Shown: in pieces, positions 9,012 through 19,151 of the stretch | Layout: every line of letters starts with the position of its first letter | Position numbering within the stretch: the stretch's first letter is position 1 | Assembly (NCBI GenBank): GCA_023415275.1 | Contig: JAEZLJ010000164.1 | Location: forward strand, 3,263 to 67,262 | Origin: Bacteroidota bacterium | GTDB taxonomy: Bacteria > Bacteroidota > Bacteroidia > Chitinophagales > Chitinophagaceae | Direction: 5' to 3' | DNA length: 64,000 bases | Program-made: the position numbers and the translations under genes | Notes under the pieces: model-generated | What the model was told of the DNA's origin: nothing | Databases searched by the model: none | Seen by the model: the letters and a program-made list of their open reading frames with translations, nothing else

Positions 9012-11561
9012 TTATTTGATAGTGTACCTGAAGCCTGAATAGAACAACCTTCCTGAGAGAGGTCCCCACACAAGGGAAGCGTCAAAATAATCACCAAAAG
9101 GCTCAGAAGCCGAGATGATGGCATTCTTTTGAAAATAGTTGGTAAGGTTCTCTCCACCTACATAAAAATCAAACTGCTTTTTCTTTCCTATGCTTTTACT
9201 CAACTGGGCGTTCATGGTGACATAGGAAGGCGATCTTTCTTCCAGCTTGAAAGCATCCGGATTTATATATGTGGAGGGCAGCCTTTTCTGACCTGTGAAG
9301 TTTACGGTGTAATCTATCTTCCAGCCCTTAAGGTCATAAGCCAGGTTGGCAAAGGCCCTGTGTTTGGCCGTAAACGGTTTTTCTAGAAGCTGGCCGCTAT
9401 AGGTGGTGTTCACATCAAAATAGCGATACGCCAGGCGAAGCTCCAGCTTATTAACGGGTACCAGGTTCATTTCGGCCTGGAAGCTATTGGAATAAGACTT
9501 GCCGGCAAGGTTGTAAAACCTTACCTCCCTGGCATTCTCCAGGTCAACCACAACCTGGTTGGTGAAATCATTGCGGTAGAAATCTACACCTATAGATGCG
9601 TCCCTGCTGAAAAGGTGAAACTTCTGATCCAAACTAATGCCTTTATTCCAGGCCACTTCAGGTTGCAGGCCATAGGCCTTACCAGCAACAGGATTCAGGA
9701 TATTAATCATCCTGGAACTAACCAGAACACCAATATTCTCAGCAAAGATGTCTGCCGTCCTCTGGCCCCTACCAGCACTCAACCTGATGGTGGTATTGCT
9801 TGCGGGCGAATACCTGATATTTAGGCGCGGTGTGGCAAACCATCCATACAGGCTGTTATGATCTGCCCTTATGCCGGCCACCAGATCCAGCTTGTCACCG
9901 GGTGCATAGGTATATTCTCCAAAAGCACCTGGAATCACTTCCTTCCTGTCGTAAGGCGTAGCCTGCAGTTGTTCCTTGTACTGGTCATACAAAAAGCTGA
10001 GGCCTGCCTTGAACTTGTGTACATCGGAATTGATCCTTGATTGGTAAATAAGATTGGAATAGAAATTCTTCTGGCGTGCATCATATTGTGTAAGGCCAAA
10101 ATAAGCGTCCTGCTTATGATCAAAAGCAGACAATTGAAGTCCTATGCTTTTATGCATCTTTTCCGGGAACACGTATCCTATCTTTCCAAACACTTCGTAA
10201 CGGTTGGTTTTGATACCCAGCCCGTAATTGTTAGTAGACAACTTATCTTTTGAAGCTTGATAATCGAGCTCCCCCCCTGTTTTATCATCAACCAATGCCT
10301 TTACTCCAAAATGTGCCATCAATCCATTCTCTCCCAGGTATTGCCAGCGGTGTACACCATTGAACTGGTTGCCTGTGGGCAGATCTTTGAAGCCGTCCTT
10401 ATTAAAATCCTGTTTGCTGTTTAAGAAATCATCATGCAGTAAAAAGCCGGTGGACCACTTGCTGTTGATCTTATGTGCCCAGTTCAGATTGACATCGGTT
10501 TTACCCATACTGTTGATATAACCATTGAGGTACAGCTTTTCGCTGGTTTGTGGCTTTTTCAATTCTACATTGATCTGCCCTGCAATGCTTTCAAATCCAT
10601 TGACTACAGAACCGGTTCCCTTGATCAATTGAATGGATTCAACCCATGGTCCCGCAATACTGTTCAATCCCAGGGGCGTGGCTATGCCTCTTGGACCGGG
10701 CAGATTCTCTACTGTGAGCTGCGTGTAGATGCCTGCCAATCCTAATAACTGGATCTGCTTTGATCCTGTAGCTGCATCACTGTATGAAACATCCACCGAG
10801 GGATTGGTTTCAAAGCTTTCACTGAGGTTACAGCAGGCTGCTTTCAAGAGTTCCTTTTTTGTGATGATAGCAGTACGAAAAGGGTTATTGGCATCTATAT
10901 AACTCGTGCGTTGCCTGGCTGTGATGACCACACCAGTGAGGTTTTCTTTTTTATCAAGGCTTACCTGTATATCATTCAATGTTCCAATGGAGACTGTATC
11001 TGTGGCAAAGCCTGCATAGCTCACCACCATCCTGTCGGTCTTTTCATTGCGCCTGAGCAGGAATTCACCATGGGGATTGGTAATGGTACTTGTGGAAGTA
11101 CCCGCCCAGGTAAGTGTGGCACCGGCCAGGGGATTAACCTGTCCATTTGAAGTTTCCACCACGATGCCCCTGATCATGGTACTATCTGCAATGTCTGCCT
11201 GGGCGATGGCTTCTTCAGCCGCCATTTCGCGATAATGACAGCATTCAGGAAGTGAATGATAAACATCATCCTTTGCCTTCTCCAATGGAGTGTCATGGCC
11301 CACTTCAGCCAGTTTATGGTGAATCTGTTCAAGACCGATCACTGAAGGTTGATATGTTAAAGAAAGGGTATTAGAAGGGATATCCCATTTCGCATCTTGT
11401 ATGCCCTTGAGTTTTAAAGCCTTTTCAATTCTGTGTTTACATTGTATGCAAACTCCCGACACTTTGAAACTGGTGTTCACGGAAGCAGCTTCCTGTGCAT
11501 ATGTAAACAGGCAACTTATTAATAACAGTACAATTAATGTACTACGCTTTATGACTAACAT
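9012..11561 (-). CDS. TonB-dependent receptor with N-terminal HMA (heavy-metal-associated) and CarboxypepD_reg-like domains
   Basis: A signal peptide is followed by the HMA-like FKVSGVCIQCKHRIEKAL (CxxC) and a PECCHY motif. Next come IRGIVVE...G (CarboxypepD_reg), a plug region with AACCNLSESFETNPSVDV, and a long beta-barrel ending in a terminal aromatic residue. Confidence 0.85.
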   Translation of the reverse strand: MLVIKRSTLIVLLLISCLFTYAQEAASVNTSFKVSGVCIQCKHRIEKALKLKGIQDAKWDIPSNTLSLTYQPSVIGLEQIHHKLAEVGHDTPLEKAKDDVYHSLPECCHYREMAAEEAIAQADIADSTMIRGIVVETSNGQVNPLAGATLTWAGTSTSTITNPHGEFLLRRNEKTDRMVVSYAGFATDTVSIGTLNDIQVSLDKKENLTGVVITARQRTSYIDANNPFRTAIITKKELLKAACCNLSESFETNPSVDVSYSDAATGSKQIQLLGLAGIYTQLTVENLPGPRGIATPLGLNSIAGPWVESIQLIKGTGSVVNGFESIAGQINVELKKPQTSEKLYLNGYINSMGKTDVNLNWAHKINSKWSTGFLLHDDFLNSKQDFNKDGFKDLPTGNQFNGVHRWQYLGENGLMAHFGVKALVDDKTGGELDYQASKDKLSTNNYGLGIKTNRYEVFGKIGYVFPEKMHKSIGLQLSAFDHKQDAYFGLTQYDARQKNFYSNLIYQSRINSDVHKFKAGLSFLYDQYKEQLQATPYDRKEVIPGAFGEYTYAPGDKLDLVAGIRADHNSLYGWFATPRLNIRYSPASNTTIRLSAGRGQRTADIFAENIGVLVSSRMINILNPVAGKAYGLQPEVAWNKGISLDQKFHLFSRDASIGVDFYRNDFTNQVVVDLENAREVRFYNLAGKSYSNSFQAEMNLVPVNKLELRLAYRYFDVNTTYSGQLLEKPFTAKHRAFANLAYDLKGWKIDYTVNFTGQKRLPSTYINPDAFKLEERSPSYVTMNAQLSKSIGKKKQFDFYVGGENLTNYFQKNAIISASEPFGDYFDASLVWGPLSGRLFYSGFRYTIK

Positions 11562-11622
11562 TCTGGTATTTTTTGAATCAACAATAATTACGCTTAGCAG
11601 TGTACGCTGGTGTAATTATGTA

Positions 11623-12009
11623 TCAGATCCGGAATACCCTGTTCAAAAGAAATAGAGAGCGGGAATGTACTGGCGGTGAATCATACCAATGGTGAGCCGT
11701 TGACAGTTCATCAGGTGTCATCACGATAGCTGCAACTGGCGAAGGCCATGGGATAGCAGCAACAGGATTTAAAACCTTGTAAACAAGTTGGGTGCTGACC
11801 TGGTCTGATTTGCTTTTTGAGTTGATGTTCTTTGTTTCGCAGCAGGGTTTTGAACCCATTTTATGCTTATTACCACAGCCAGGGTCTTTTACAGGTGCCA
11901 GTTCAACTGACTTTAATTTACCACAGCAGTAATGCAACTGGAGAGTCATTCCCGTAGAGGAAAACCCGTACACCAGCATGAGCATTATGACAAGTAGTTT
12001 TTTCATCAA
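11623..12009 (-). CDS. HYC_CC_PP family small secreted protein
   Basis: A signal peptide is followed by LQLHYCCGK and later KPCCE. This matches my memory of the family named for the HYC, CC and PP motifs. It lies directly upstream of the TonB-dependent receptor. Confidence 0.6.
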   Translation of the reverse strand: MMKKLLVIMLMLVYGFSSTGMTLQLHYCCGKLKSVELAPVKDPGCGNKHKMGSKPCCETKNINSKSKSDQVSTQLVYKVLNPVAAIPWPSPVAAIVMTPDELSTAHHWYDSPPVHSRSLFLLNRVFRI

Positions 12010-12210
12010 AGCATAAAGTTAATGAACCTGTTTGATGCACCGCATGACGGTGGTCAGAGATTCAAAAGTACACCATGGAAATACTTTCCTGATTTATATT
12101 CCAGCCAGATTTAACTATTTATATGATTTTATAGAACGGCAATGGAGCTATTTAAAAAAACTAACCTTCCGGGAAAGGATAAAAAATGAGCCTACACTTA
12201 ACCAGGTGCA

Positions 12211-12234
12211 ATAAAAAACCCCTCATCAGAGGGG
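12211..12234 (-). terminator. Rho-independent terminator (minus strand)
   Basis: The stem is CCCCTC (12219-12224) paired with GAGGGG (12229-12234) around a 4-nt loop. On the minus strand it is followed by the U-run from the A6 tract at 12213-12218. Confidence 0.6.
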
Positions 12235-12503
12235 CAATACAGTTTTCCGGCTACAATACTAATCTTCATCAATCGGATAAGACTTACAGCTTTTCATAAA
12301 GGAATATAGGATACTTAATAAACCAATGAAGGTGCAAAGCACATTATTTATTACAATGAACTGAATGATATGTATCATGCCACGTCATGATTTTGATCCG
12401 AGTAAGCAATTAATCAATCCCATAGTAACATATCATGATTGGCAATGACCACAATCATACTTTACCTGCTACTTAGTGGGTTAGATTAGATTACCGGTTA
12501 ACA

Positions 12504-12746
12504 ATGAATTTCTTGGTATTATCAAATGAACCCGAGGCCACCAGCTTATACATGGTGGATACTACCGATTGGCATTGGTACATCCTGGTGCATAAAAAAG
12601 GTATGAAAGGTTCTAATAACCGTCCAGAAAGGATCATCATGGTAAAAGAAGGTGAAGGTTGGCTATGCAGCGATAACCGCTATCCCGAATTAAATAAAAA
12701 CCTGCAACGGGAGATAGAATGGTATTATAGAGCCTATACCTGCTAA
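12504..12746 (+). CDS. Hypothetical protein (80 aa)
   Basis: The only support is an ORF in a region otherwise free of genes. No homology is recognised. Confidence 0.3.
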   Translation: MNFLVLSNEPEATSLYMVDTTDWHWYILVHKKGMKGSNNRPERIIMVKEGEGWLCSDNRYPELNKNLQREIEWYYRAYTC

Positions 12747-12762
12747 TATATATATCCAATGC

Positions 12763-13182
12763 CTATTCCAACCTGAACGCTACCTTTTGGGATTTGGTGT
12801 GCAGCTCATGGTCGAGGTAAACAGTGATCATTGCTTCCAGGTTGGCCGCATCATGCAAATTGCCTTTCCATTTCTTGTCTATGTCTAAAGTATCGCCTTC
12901 ATGTTCATGAAAGTGTGCAAACAGGTAAGTGGTGGTATCATTTGCCTTCCTGATCACAAGATCGTACCCATGCAAGGGGGCAGTGGATATAGCCTGTGCC
13001 TGTATGGACACTGAATCATTTAATGATAGAACAGCCCCATTTGAAGGGCTTATGAAAGTAATGGTTGCTTCTGGTATTTTTTCCTCTTCTAATAATTGTT
13101 CCTTTGAATGCATACAACTGAGCATTAGAAAAGGCATGATTCCCGTTTTAAACCAAAAGCTATACAGTTTCATTCTTATCAT
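12763..13182 (-). CDS. Small lipoprotein with a His/Glu-rich patch
   Basis: It has the lipobox LMLSC and the patch FAHFHEHEGD. It sits between the cupredoxin gene and the receptor genes. Confidence 0.55.
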   Translation of the reverse strand: MIRMKLYSFWFKTGIMPFLMLSCMHSKEQLLEEEKIPEATITFISPSNGAVLSLNDSVSIQAQAISTAPLHGYDLVIRKANDTTTYLFAHFHEHEGDTLDIDKKWKGNLHDAANLEAMITVYLDHELHTKSQKVAFRLE

Positions 13183-13287
13183 TTAATACCTACCTGTTAT
13201 AAAACACCTGTTTATTTAGAATTTTTCACAGGGCACGGTTGATTGCTGTGTACAATTATTTCCAGGAAAAAATAATCTTCATTTTAT

Positions 13288-13677
13288 TCAGTTGGCTACC
13301 ACACTGGCTTTCATTGCCGGATGATAATTGCAATGATAAGGATAGGTACCTGCCGCACTAAAAGTGTGGCTGTAGCTGCTTCCATAATTCATATCACCAC
13401 TTGAAAAGCTGGCATCATCGGCAGTGACGGTATGCAACATATTGTCATTATTGGTCCAGGTGACAGTGGTTCCGGCTTTAACAGTGATACTGCCTGGAGA
13501 AAAGCTCATACCTGATATTGATACTGTATTACCACTGGCCGAAGGTTGTGGATTTGTATTGTTATTGGTATTGTTGCCATAAAGACTGGTGGTATTATCG
13601 CCTCCCTTGCTGCAAGACAAAAGAAAGCTTCCTGCCAGGATCACCAGCAATCCTTTTGGAATAAATTGGATCTTCAT
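13288..13677 (-). CDS. Cupredoxin (plastocyanin/azurin family, amicyanin-like ligand spacing) lipoprotein
   Basis: It has the lipobox LLSC and an N/T-rich linker. The ligand pattern is H (MLHTV) ... C-x2-H-x2-M (HCNYHPAM), the type-1 copper set with amicyanin-like spacing. Confidence 0.85.
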   Translation of the reverse strand: MKIQFIPKGLLVILAGSFLLSCSKGGDNTTSLYGNNTNNNTNPQPSASGNTVSISGMSFSPGSITVKAGTTVTWTNNDNMLHTVTADDASFSSGDMNYGSSYSHTFSAAGTYPYHCNYHPAMKASVVAN

Positions 13678-13843
13678 TGTCTTTTTTTAGTAGATACGGC
13701 TACCTGGCTGTTTGAGTTGCCTGCCTGCCCATTCAAAAGGGCAATGCCCTTTATTTTAATGCGTACACCTGCACCAGGGAGCAATGGTTATTTCCCTTTG
13801 GGATAAGTGTATAGATAACATTAATGTGGGAGTAATGAGGTAA

Positions 13844-14890
13844 TTATAGACTGAGTATCAAGGATTGTATCTGCTTATCTTTTTCCCAAACACAAAGTAA
13901 TTGCTGATCATTAATAGCTTTTAATTGAGGCAGGGCACCTTTTCCAATAATTCTCCTGGAACCCCCCGGTAGTGTTATGATCATTTCCCCATTCTGGGTC
14001 CAGGCATATACTGGTTTGCCATTGATCAATTCCATAGTACAATTCCGGCCCTCACCCTTTGCCTTTTCTACTTGCCCCGGAGCTGCAGCATATACCTGTG
14101 CTTCTCTTCTCCATACGGTGAATACCGTACCAGCCTTACTTACCACCAGGCCTCCGCCATCCATGGGACAACCGGAAAGTTTCCAGCTTCCCATTCCCAG
14201 CTTCTGAGCCTTTTGAAATGCCTGGCCACTGTTAGTTGAAGTAGTAAGATACAGGTCGCGGTTTCCATTCAGCCAGTTACGAAACATTACATATACTTTA
14301 TTTCCCCTGACCACAGTTGATGGCTTACAACATTCGCAAATAGATTTATCGGGCGAGGAATATACTAGCTGATTATTACTCCAGGTTTTACCACCATCAG
14401 TAGAACGGATGCCCATCAGCTTCTGGCCTTTAGGATCATTGACACTTAACCAGGTGGCAAATACATGATTGCCATCAGCGCTCAAGGCCATCAATCCTTC
14501 CTTAGCAGAGGAAGGCTGGGAATTGAGCCTTACCGTCCTGGCCCATGAACGATTCGGGGTCTTCGAATACGCATATATGTTACCTTCCTTTGTGCAGGCA
14601 GTGATAATAATACCACTAGAAGATACAGCCACCTGGGGGCCACGCATGGCAAAAGAGAATAATCCCGGTAATACAGCCACCAGCGAAGGTGAAGAAAAAG
14701 AAATACCGTCCTTTGAGAAGACATACATGATACTATCACCGTAACCATAGGCTATGTGAATCCGGTTGGCCTTATCTTTTACCACTGATGGCACCTGTCC
14801 TGAACCTATGGTGTTGACGTTTTCCTTTTCCTGTGCAGGAAGAGAAAGTTGGAAAAAGCAAATGAGTATAAGCAGAGCAACGGATTTCAT
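13844..14890 (-). CDS. BNR/Asp-box (sialidase-like) beta-propeller protein
   Basis: It has a signal peptide, the Asp-box STDGGKTWS, and degenerate copies SKDGISFS and STNSGQAF. It also has an unusual CECCKPS motif. Confidence 0.7.
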   Translation of the reverse strand: MKSVALLILICFFQLSLPAQEKENVNTIGSGQVPSVVKDKANRIHIAYGYGDSIMYVFSKDGISFSSPSLVAVLPGLFSFAMRGPQVAVSSSGIIITACTKEGNIYAYSKTPNRSWARTVRLNSQPSSAKEGLMALSADGNHVFATWLSVNDPKGQKLMGIRSTDGGKTWSNNQLVYSSPDKSICECCKPSTVVRGNKVYVMFRNWLNGNRDLYLTTSTNSGQAFQKAQKLGMGSWKLSGCPMDGGGLVVSKAGTVFTVWRREAQVYAAAPGQVEKAKGEGRNCTMELINGKPVYAWTQNGEMIITLPGGSRRIIGKGALPQLKAINDQQLLCVWEKDKQIQSLILSL

Positions 14891-14973
14891 ATAAGTCTGA
14901 TTCTAATTACCAGGTTAAATAATGGATTGTAATGCCAGGCAATTTATGCAAGTTTTTCAACTTTAGTTTTGCA

Positions 14974-16557
14974 CTAATTGACTTTTAATTTTAATAAGCG
15001 CGCTTCATCAAGATCCAGTTCATTCTGCAGCTCAAGAAACAATTCATGATCAACATCTTCTTCCTGTCTTAGTTCATGCAGCTTTTTCCTTTTTGCCTTT
15101 ACCGCTTCCATCATCAGCCGCCTCGAAACTTTTCTTTGTTCTATTTCATCCTCTGTGTTGCAGTCGCTATACTGGTTGATGGTCCTGGTATATATATCCC
15201 TGACATGGTTGGCAGCTTCTGTATCCAGGTTTTCTTCTTTGATTATGTTCTCAATACGATCCAATGCGGCCTGTGACAGTGAAGCAAGAATAAAGTTCGC
15301 CTCCTGCCTGGAGGAAATGAAACTGGAAAAGTCAAGCTTACGGATGATCCATGGCAAGGTCAATCCCTGGAGGACGAGGGTAAAAATGATGACACAAAAG
15401 ACAATAAAGAGGATCAGGTTCCTTTGAGGAAAAGGACTTCCATTTTGCAGGAACAATGGAATGGAAAAAGCAGCAGCTACAGAAACCACACCCCTCATGC
15501 CTGAATAGGCCACCACAAAATCATGTTTCCAGGACGGGAATATAGCCTCGATCTTCAGCATTCTCCTGATCCTGCCGGTGAGGAAGTTCATGGCAAAAAC
15601 AAAAGTGAAACGTATGATAATAGCGGCGGCACTGATCAAGGCGCCCATTATCACCAGGTGAACAATAGACTGGTTTTTGATACCGGCTGCAATAAAGGGT
15701 AATTGCAGGCCTATCAATATAAAGATGAGTCCTTGCACCATCGTAACAGTAAAATTCCACACTGCAATAGATTGCAGGCGCATTTTGGCACTATGGATTT
15801 TGGCCTGGCGGTTGCCAACAACCAATCCTGCGGCTACAACACTTAACACACCGCTGAAATGGAGTTCCTCTGCTAATACATATGATCCATAAGCTGTAAT
15901 AAATGTGAGCCCGGTAGCAATAGGAGTGTCCATCTTCCATTTTTTATGCATTAACAACGACAGGTAACCTGCCAGGCAGCCTATGCCCACTCCACCGCCG
16001 GAAACCATGAAGAATTGACTAATAGCATTGGAAAGTGAAAAGGACCCAATAAAGATAGAGGTCAAGGCAAACTGGAAGGTAATTAGTGCACTGGCATCAT
16101 TCACCAGGCTTTCACCTTCCAGTACGGCCACGATCCTTTTAGGGATCCTGATATATTTAAAAACAGAAGTAGCAGCCACGGCATCTGGAGGCGAGATGAT
16201 AGCGCCTAGCAGAAATCCCATACCCAATGTAAAACCTGGTAATAATGCTTTGGCCACAAAACCGATAACTATGGTGGTAATGATAACAAGACCAATAGCC
16301 AGTGTGGAAATGGGTTCAATATTCCTTTTAAAATCTACCCAATTGGTATTCCAGGCAGCTGAATATAAGATGGGTGGTAAAAAAACCAGGAGTACGATAG
16401 AAGGATCCAGGAATAATTTGGGAAAGCCGGGAATCAGGCTTAGCAACAATCCTGTAACGGTTAGCAATATGGGAAAAATAATGTTGAGCCGGCGGGCAAA
16501 TATAGAGCACACCACAATGATCAACATGAGCAGGATCAACGTCTCGATAGCACTCAT
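14974..16557 (-). CDS. Na+/H+ antiporter (CPA1/NhaP type)
   Basis: It has about 12 TM segments, the motifs SPPDAVAATS and LEGESLVNDA, and a charged cytoplasmic C-terminal tail. Confidence 0.9.
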   Translation of the reverse strand: MSAIETLILLMLIIVVCSIFARRLNIIFPILLTVTGLLLSLIPGFPKLFLDPSIVLLVFLPPILYSAAWNTNWVDFKRNIEPISTLAIGLVIITTIVIGFVAKALLPGFTLGMGFLLGAIISPPDAVAATSVFKYIRIPKRIVAVLEGESLVNDASALITFQFALTSIFIGSFSLSNAISQFFMVSGGGVGIGCLAGYLSLLMHKKWKMDTPIATGLTFITAYGSYVLAEELHFSGVLSVVAAGLVVGNRQAKIHSAKMRLQSIAVWNFTVTMVQGLIFILIGLQLPFIAAGIKNQSIVHLVIMGALISAAAIIIRFTFVFAMNFLTGRIRRMLKIEAIFPSWKHDFVVAYSGMRGVVSVAAAFSIPLFLQNGSPFPQRNLILFIVFCVIIFTLVLQGLTLPWIIRKLDFSSFISSRQEANFILASLSQAALDRIENIIKEENLDTEAANHVRDIYTRTINQYSDCNTEDEIEQRKVSRRLMMEAVKAKRKKLHELRQEEDVDHELFLELQNELDLDEARLLKLKVN

Positions 16558-16563
16558 GTAACC

Positions 16564-17127
16564 TTATTTATTTGCCATTTTTTTACCCGCTTCTACACAC
16601 CAAAGCAATTCGTCTATAAACACTTTGGCTCTTTTGTTCACGGCCTCTTCATCCTGTGGCTTTCCATTTTCATCATACACTTCCTGCACCTTAGGACCAG
16701 GAAACATGGAAGGCACTACCCAAGCTCCTATCTTCCATAAAGAAAACACCAGCGATGTCATTACTTGTGTGCCACCAAACTGTCCATTAGAGGCGGTGAC
16801 AATAGCAATTGGCTTTCTTTTCCATTCCACATATAAGAGATCGATCACATTCTTCAGGCTGGCAGGATACCCGCCATTATATTCTGGTGTCACTATGATC
16901 ACTCCATCGGCCCTTGTGATGCGCTCTGCAAAATCCAGCACTTCCGGTGAAGGGTCTTTCATTAAACGCAACCTTTCATCAAACACAGGGAAGTCATATA
17001 AATATAGATCCAGCAGGTCCACCATGGCCAGGTTATGTTGCTGTAAATAGTTTTGAAAAAATAAGGCTACCCGGTGGCTATTCCGCCCTATCCGGACGCT
17101 TGAGGATATAATGGCTATATTGGGCAT
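16564..17127 (-). CDS. NADPH-dependent FMN reductase family protein
   Basis: MPNIAIISSSVRIGRNS ... IIVTPEYNGGYPASLKN is the standard signature of this family. Confidence 0.85.
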   Translation of the reverse strand: MPNIAIISSSVRIGRNSHRVALFFQNYLQQHNLAMVDLLDLYLYDFPVFDERLRLMKDPSPEVLDFAERITRADGVIIVTPEYNGGYPASLKNVIDLLYVEWKRKPIAIVTASNGQFGGTQVMTSLVFSLWKIGAWVVPSMFPGPKVQEVYDENGKPQDEEAVNKRAKVFIDELLWCVEAGKKMANK

Positions 17128-17226
17128 GAGAACATTTTTATAAGTAAGCAGGATGGCAATTTGTTGCCAGGTTGCTCATCCTTGCTCACCTTATTAAAAA
17201 TTAATACTTTTTTATTAAAGTAACGG

Positions 17227-18513
17227 TCATTGCGCCACTGGTTCTTTTTCTTCCTGTCGCGGACGGAAGATCAATCTTAAGGTAGGATCATTAGTGATAA
17301 AGGACCAGAACCAATTAAAGGCTAACCAAACCTTATTACGGAATCCCGCAATTGGCATAATATGAATAAACAACCATACCACCCAGGCAAAGAAGCCTTT
17401 GAAGAACAGTTTGGGCAGATCTGCCACTGCTTTATACTTGGCAATGATGGCCATGCTTCCCTTGTCATTGTATATAAATGGTTTTGGCGCCTGGCCGGCA
17501 TTTATCTTCCTGATGTTTTCTGCAAATAATACTCCCTGTTGAATGGCAACCTGTGCCAATTGCGGATGGCCATTTGGAAATGCCTTGTCTGTTGTCTGTA
17601 AGCATATATCACCCAGGGCAAAAATATTATTGCTTCCCTTCACCCGGTTGTATTCATCTACCATGATCCTTTTACCACGGCCGATCACATCGGCTGGAAG
17701 GCCCGGCACAGCTCTGCCTGTAACACCGGATGCCCATATTAATACAGTAGTATCAATAGTTTGCCCATTAGCCAATATCACTTTTTCATCCACATAATCT
17801 TTCACCGCCGTATTCAGTATGATATGTACGCCCAGGTCACTTAGCACCTTAGTGGCCTCCTCTTGCGATTTTTTACTCATAGGCCCCAGCAAAACGGGAC
17901 CGGCATCTACTACGTAAATATGCTGCTGAAGATCTTTGATCTCCGGATATTCCTTCCGCCCAATGTTATGCCCCATCTCTGCCAACATTCCTGCAATTTC
18001 CACACCTGTTGGACCTCCGCCCGCAATGACGATATTAAGATGCTTTTCTCTTTCAGCACGGTCATTAGACCTCACCGCATTTTCCATATTCAGCAATATA
18101 TGATTGCGCAGGTTCAGGGCATCATCAATGGACTTCATTGGCAAGCCGTATTCCTTCACATTCTCCATACCAAAATAATTGGTCTCGGTACCCACCGCCA
18201 GCACCAGGTAATCATAATCCAATGTACCCGTATCGGTCTCTATTGTATTGGCATCTGGGTTGACCTTTACCAGGGAACCCATATGGAACCTTAGATTTTC
18301 TTTTTCCTGGAACATGCGGCGAAAAGGATAACTAATATTGGAAGGCTCAATAAAGCCTGTGGCCACCTGGTATAACAACGGGGGGAAAAAATGATAATTA
18401 TTCTTATCTACCAGGGTAACATGAAAATGATTATTTTTTGTAAGGTGCTTGATGAGGTTGATACCGGCAAATCCTCCACCAACTACTACGATCTTTTTAT
18501 ATTCTTTGGTCAT
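17227..18513 (-). CDS. ndh: Type II NADH:quinone oxidoreductase (NDH-2)
   Basis: It has two dinucleotide folds (VVVGGGFAG and VIAGGGPTGVE), a GDIC motif, and a C-terminal amphipathic/membrane segment. Confidence 0.85.
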   Translation of the reverse strand: MTKEYKKIVVVGGGFAGINLIKHLTKNNHFHVTLVDKNNYHFFPPLLYQVATGFIEPSNISYPFRRMFQEKENLRFHMGSLVKVNPDANTIETDTGTLDYDYLVLAVGTETNYFGMENVKEYGLPMKSIDDALNLRNHILLNMENAVRSNDRAEREKHLNIVIAGGGPTGVEIAGMLAEMGHNIGRKEYPEIKDLQQHIYVVDAGPVLLGPMSKKSQEEATKVLSDLGVHIILNTAVKDYVDEKVILANGQTIDTTVLIWASGVTGRAVPGLPADVIGRGKRIMVDEYNRVKGSNNIFALGDICLQTTDKAFPNGHPQLAQVAIQQGVLFAENIRKINAGQAPKPFIYNDKGSMAIIAKYKAVADLPKLFFKGFFAWVVWLFIHIMPIAGFRNKVWLAFNWFWSFITNDPTLRLIFRPRQEEKEPVAQ

Positions 18514-18685
18514 AACACTACTTTGATCTTAAAATAAATCCTTGCGCATACTATTCAGTAATCCTGCTCTTCAGATCATACAAAAATCAATCCTGCATAT
18601 TATCTCATCACTGTTACCACTGATAACAATGGCCATGTGTAAAAGATCAAAGAGCAGTAGTTGAACTAATCATCCGGATAACAAC

Positions 18686-18976
18686 TTATGGCTTCCAGAT
18701 GTCAGCATACTCATCAGGATGACGCCTGAACTGTGCATGCACATATGGGCATAAAGGGATAACCTGTAGTTGATGTTGCCGGGCATAGTCTACCATAGCA
18801 GATAACAACTTTTTCGCCAGCCCTTTTCCTTCGGCTTCAGGCACCACCTCGGTATGATAAACAGTAAGTTTTTCATGTGCTAACAGCACCTCCATTTCAC
18901 CCAACTGTTTTCCCTGCTCGCTGATAAAAAAAGACCCATGGCCTTTATCATCCAATTCTAGTTGAACATCATTCAT
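18686..18976 (-). CDS. GNAT family N-acetyltransferase (short YjdJ-like type)
   Basis: HTEVVPEAEGKGLAKKL...VIPLCPYV is typical of the roughly 95-aa GNAT_CG class. The internal ATG (MNDVQ) is preferred, because the upstream extension looks like non-coding sequence. Confidence 0.7.
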   Translation of the reverse strand: MNDVQLELDDKGHGSFFISEQGKQLGEMEVLLAHEKLTVYHTEVVPEAEGKGLAKKLLSAMVDYARQHQLQVIPLCPYVHAQFRRHPDEYADIWKP

Positions 18977-19151
18977 AACAAATAGTATGTACAGAGCTAA
19001 AGTTACAACATCAAAGCTGCACCATACAGGTTTACAAAAGGATTTCCCTTTTGCGAAAACAGTATAAAACACCCTGGCTAATTAAAGAGAATTATAGCAG
19101 CAAATTATTGTAGATAAAACAGGTTACCCATGGCCGGGAGTTGGCGATTTA

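Noticed and set aside
12032-12214. A 60-aa plus-strand ORF ends just before the GC-rich hairpin.
   Set aside because: No motif is recognisable. The hairpin has its U-run on the minus strand, so it does not terminate this ORF. The ORF lies in the promoter region of the HYC_CC_PP/receptor genes.
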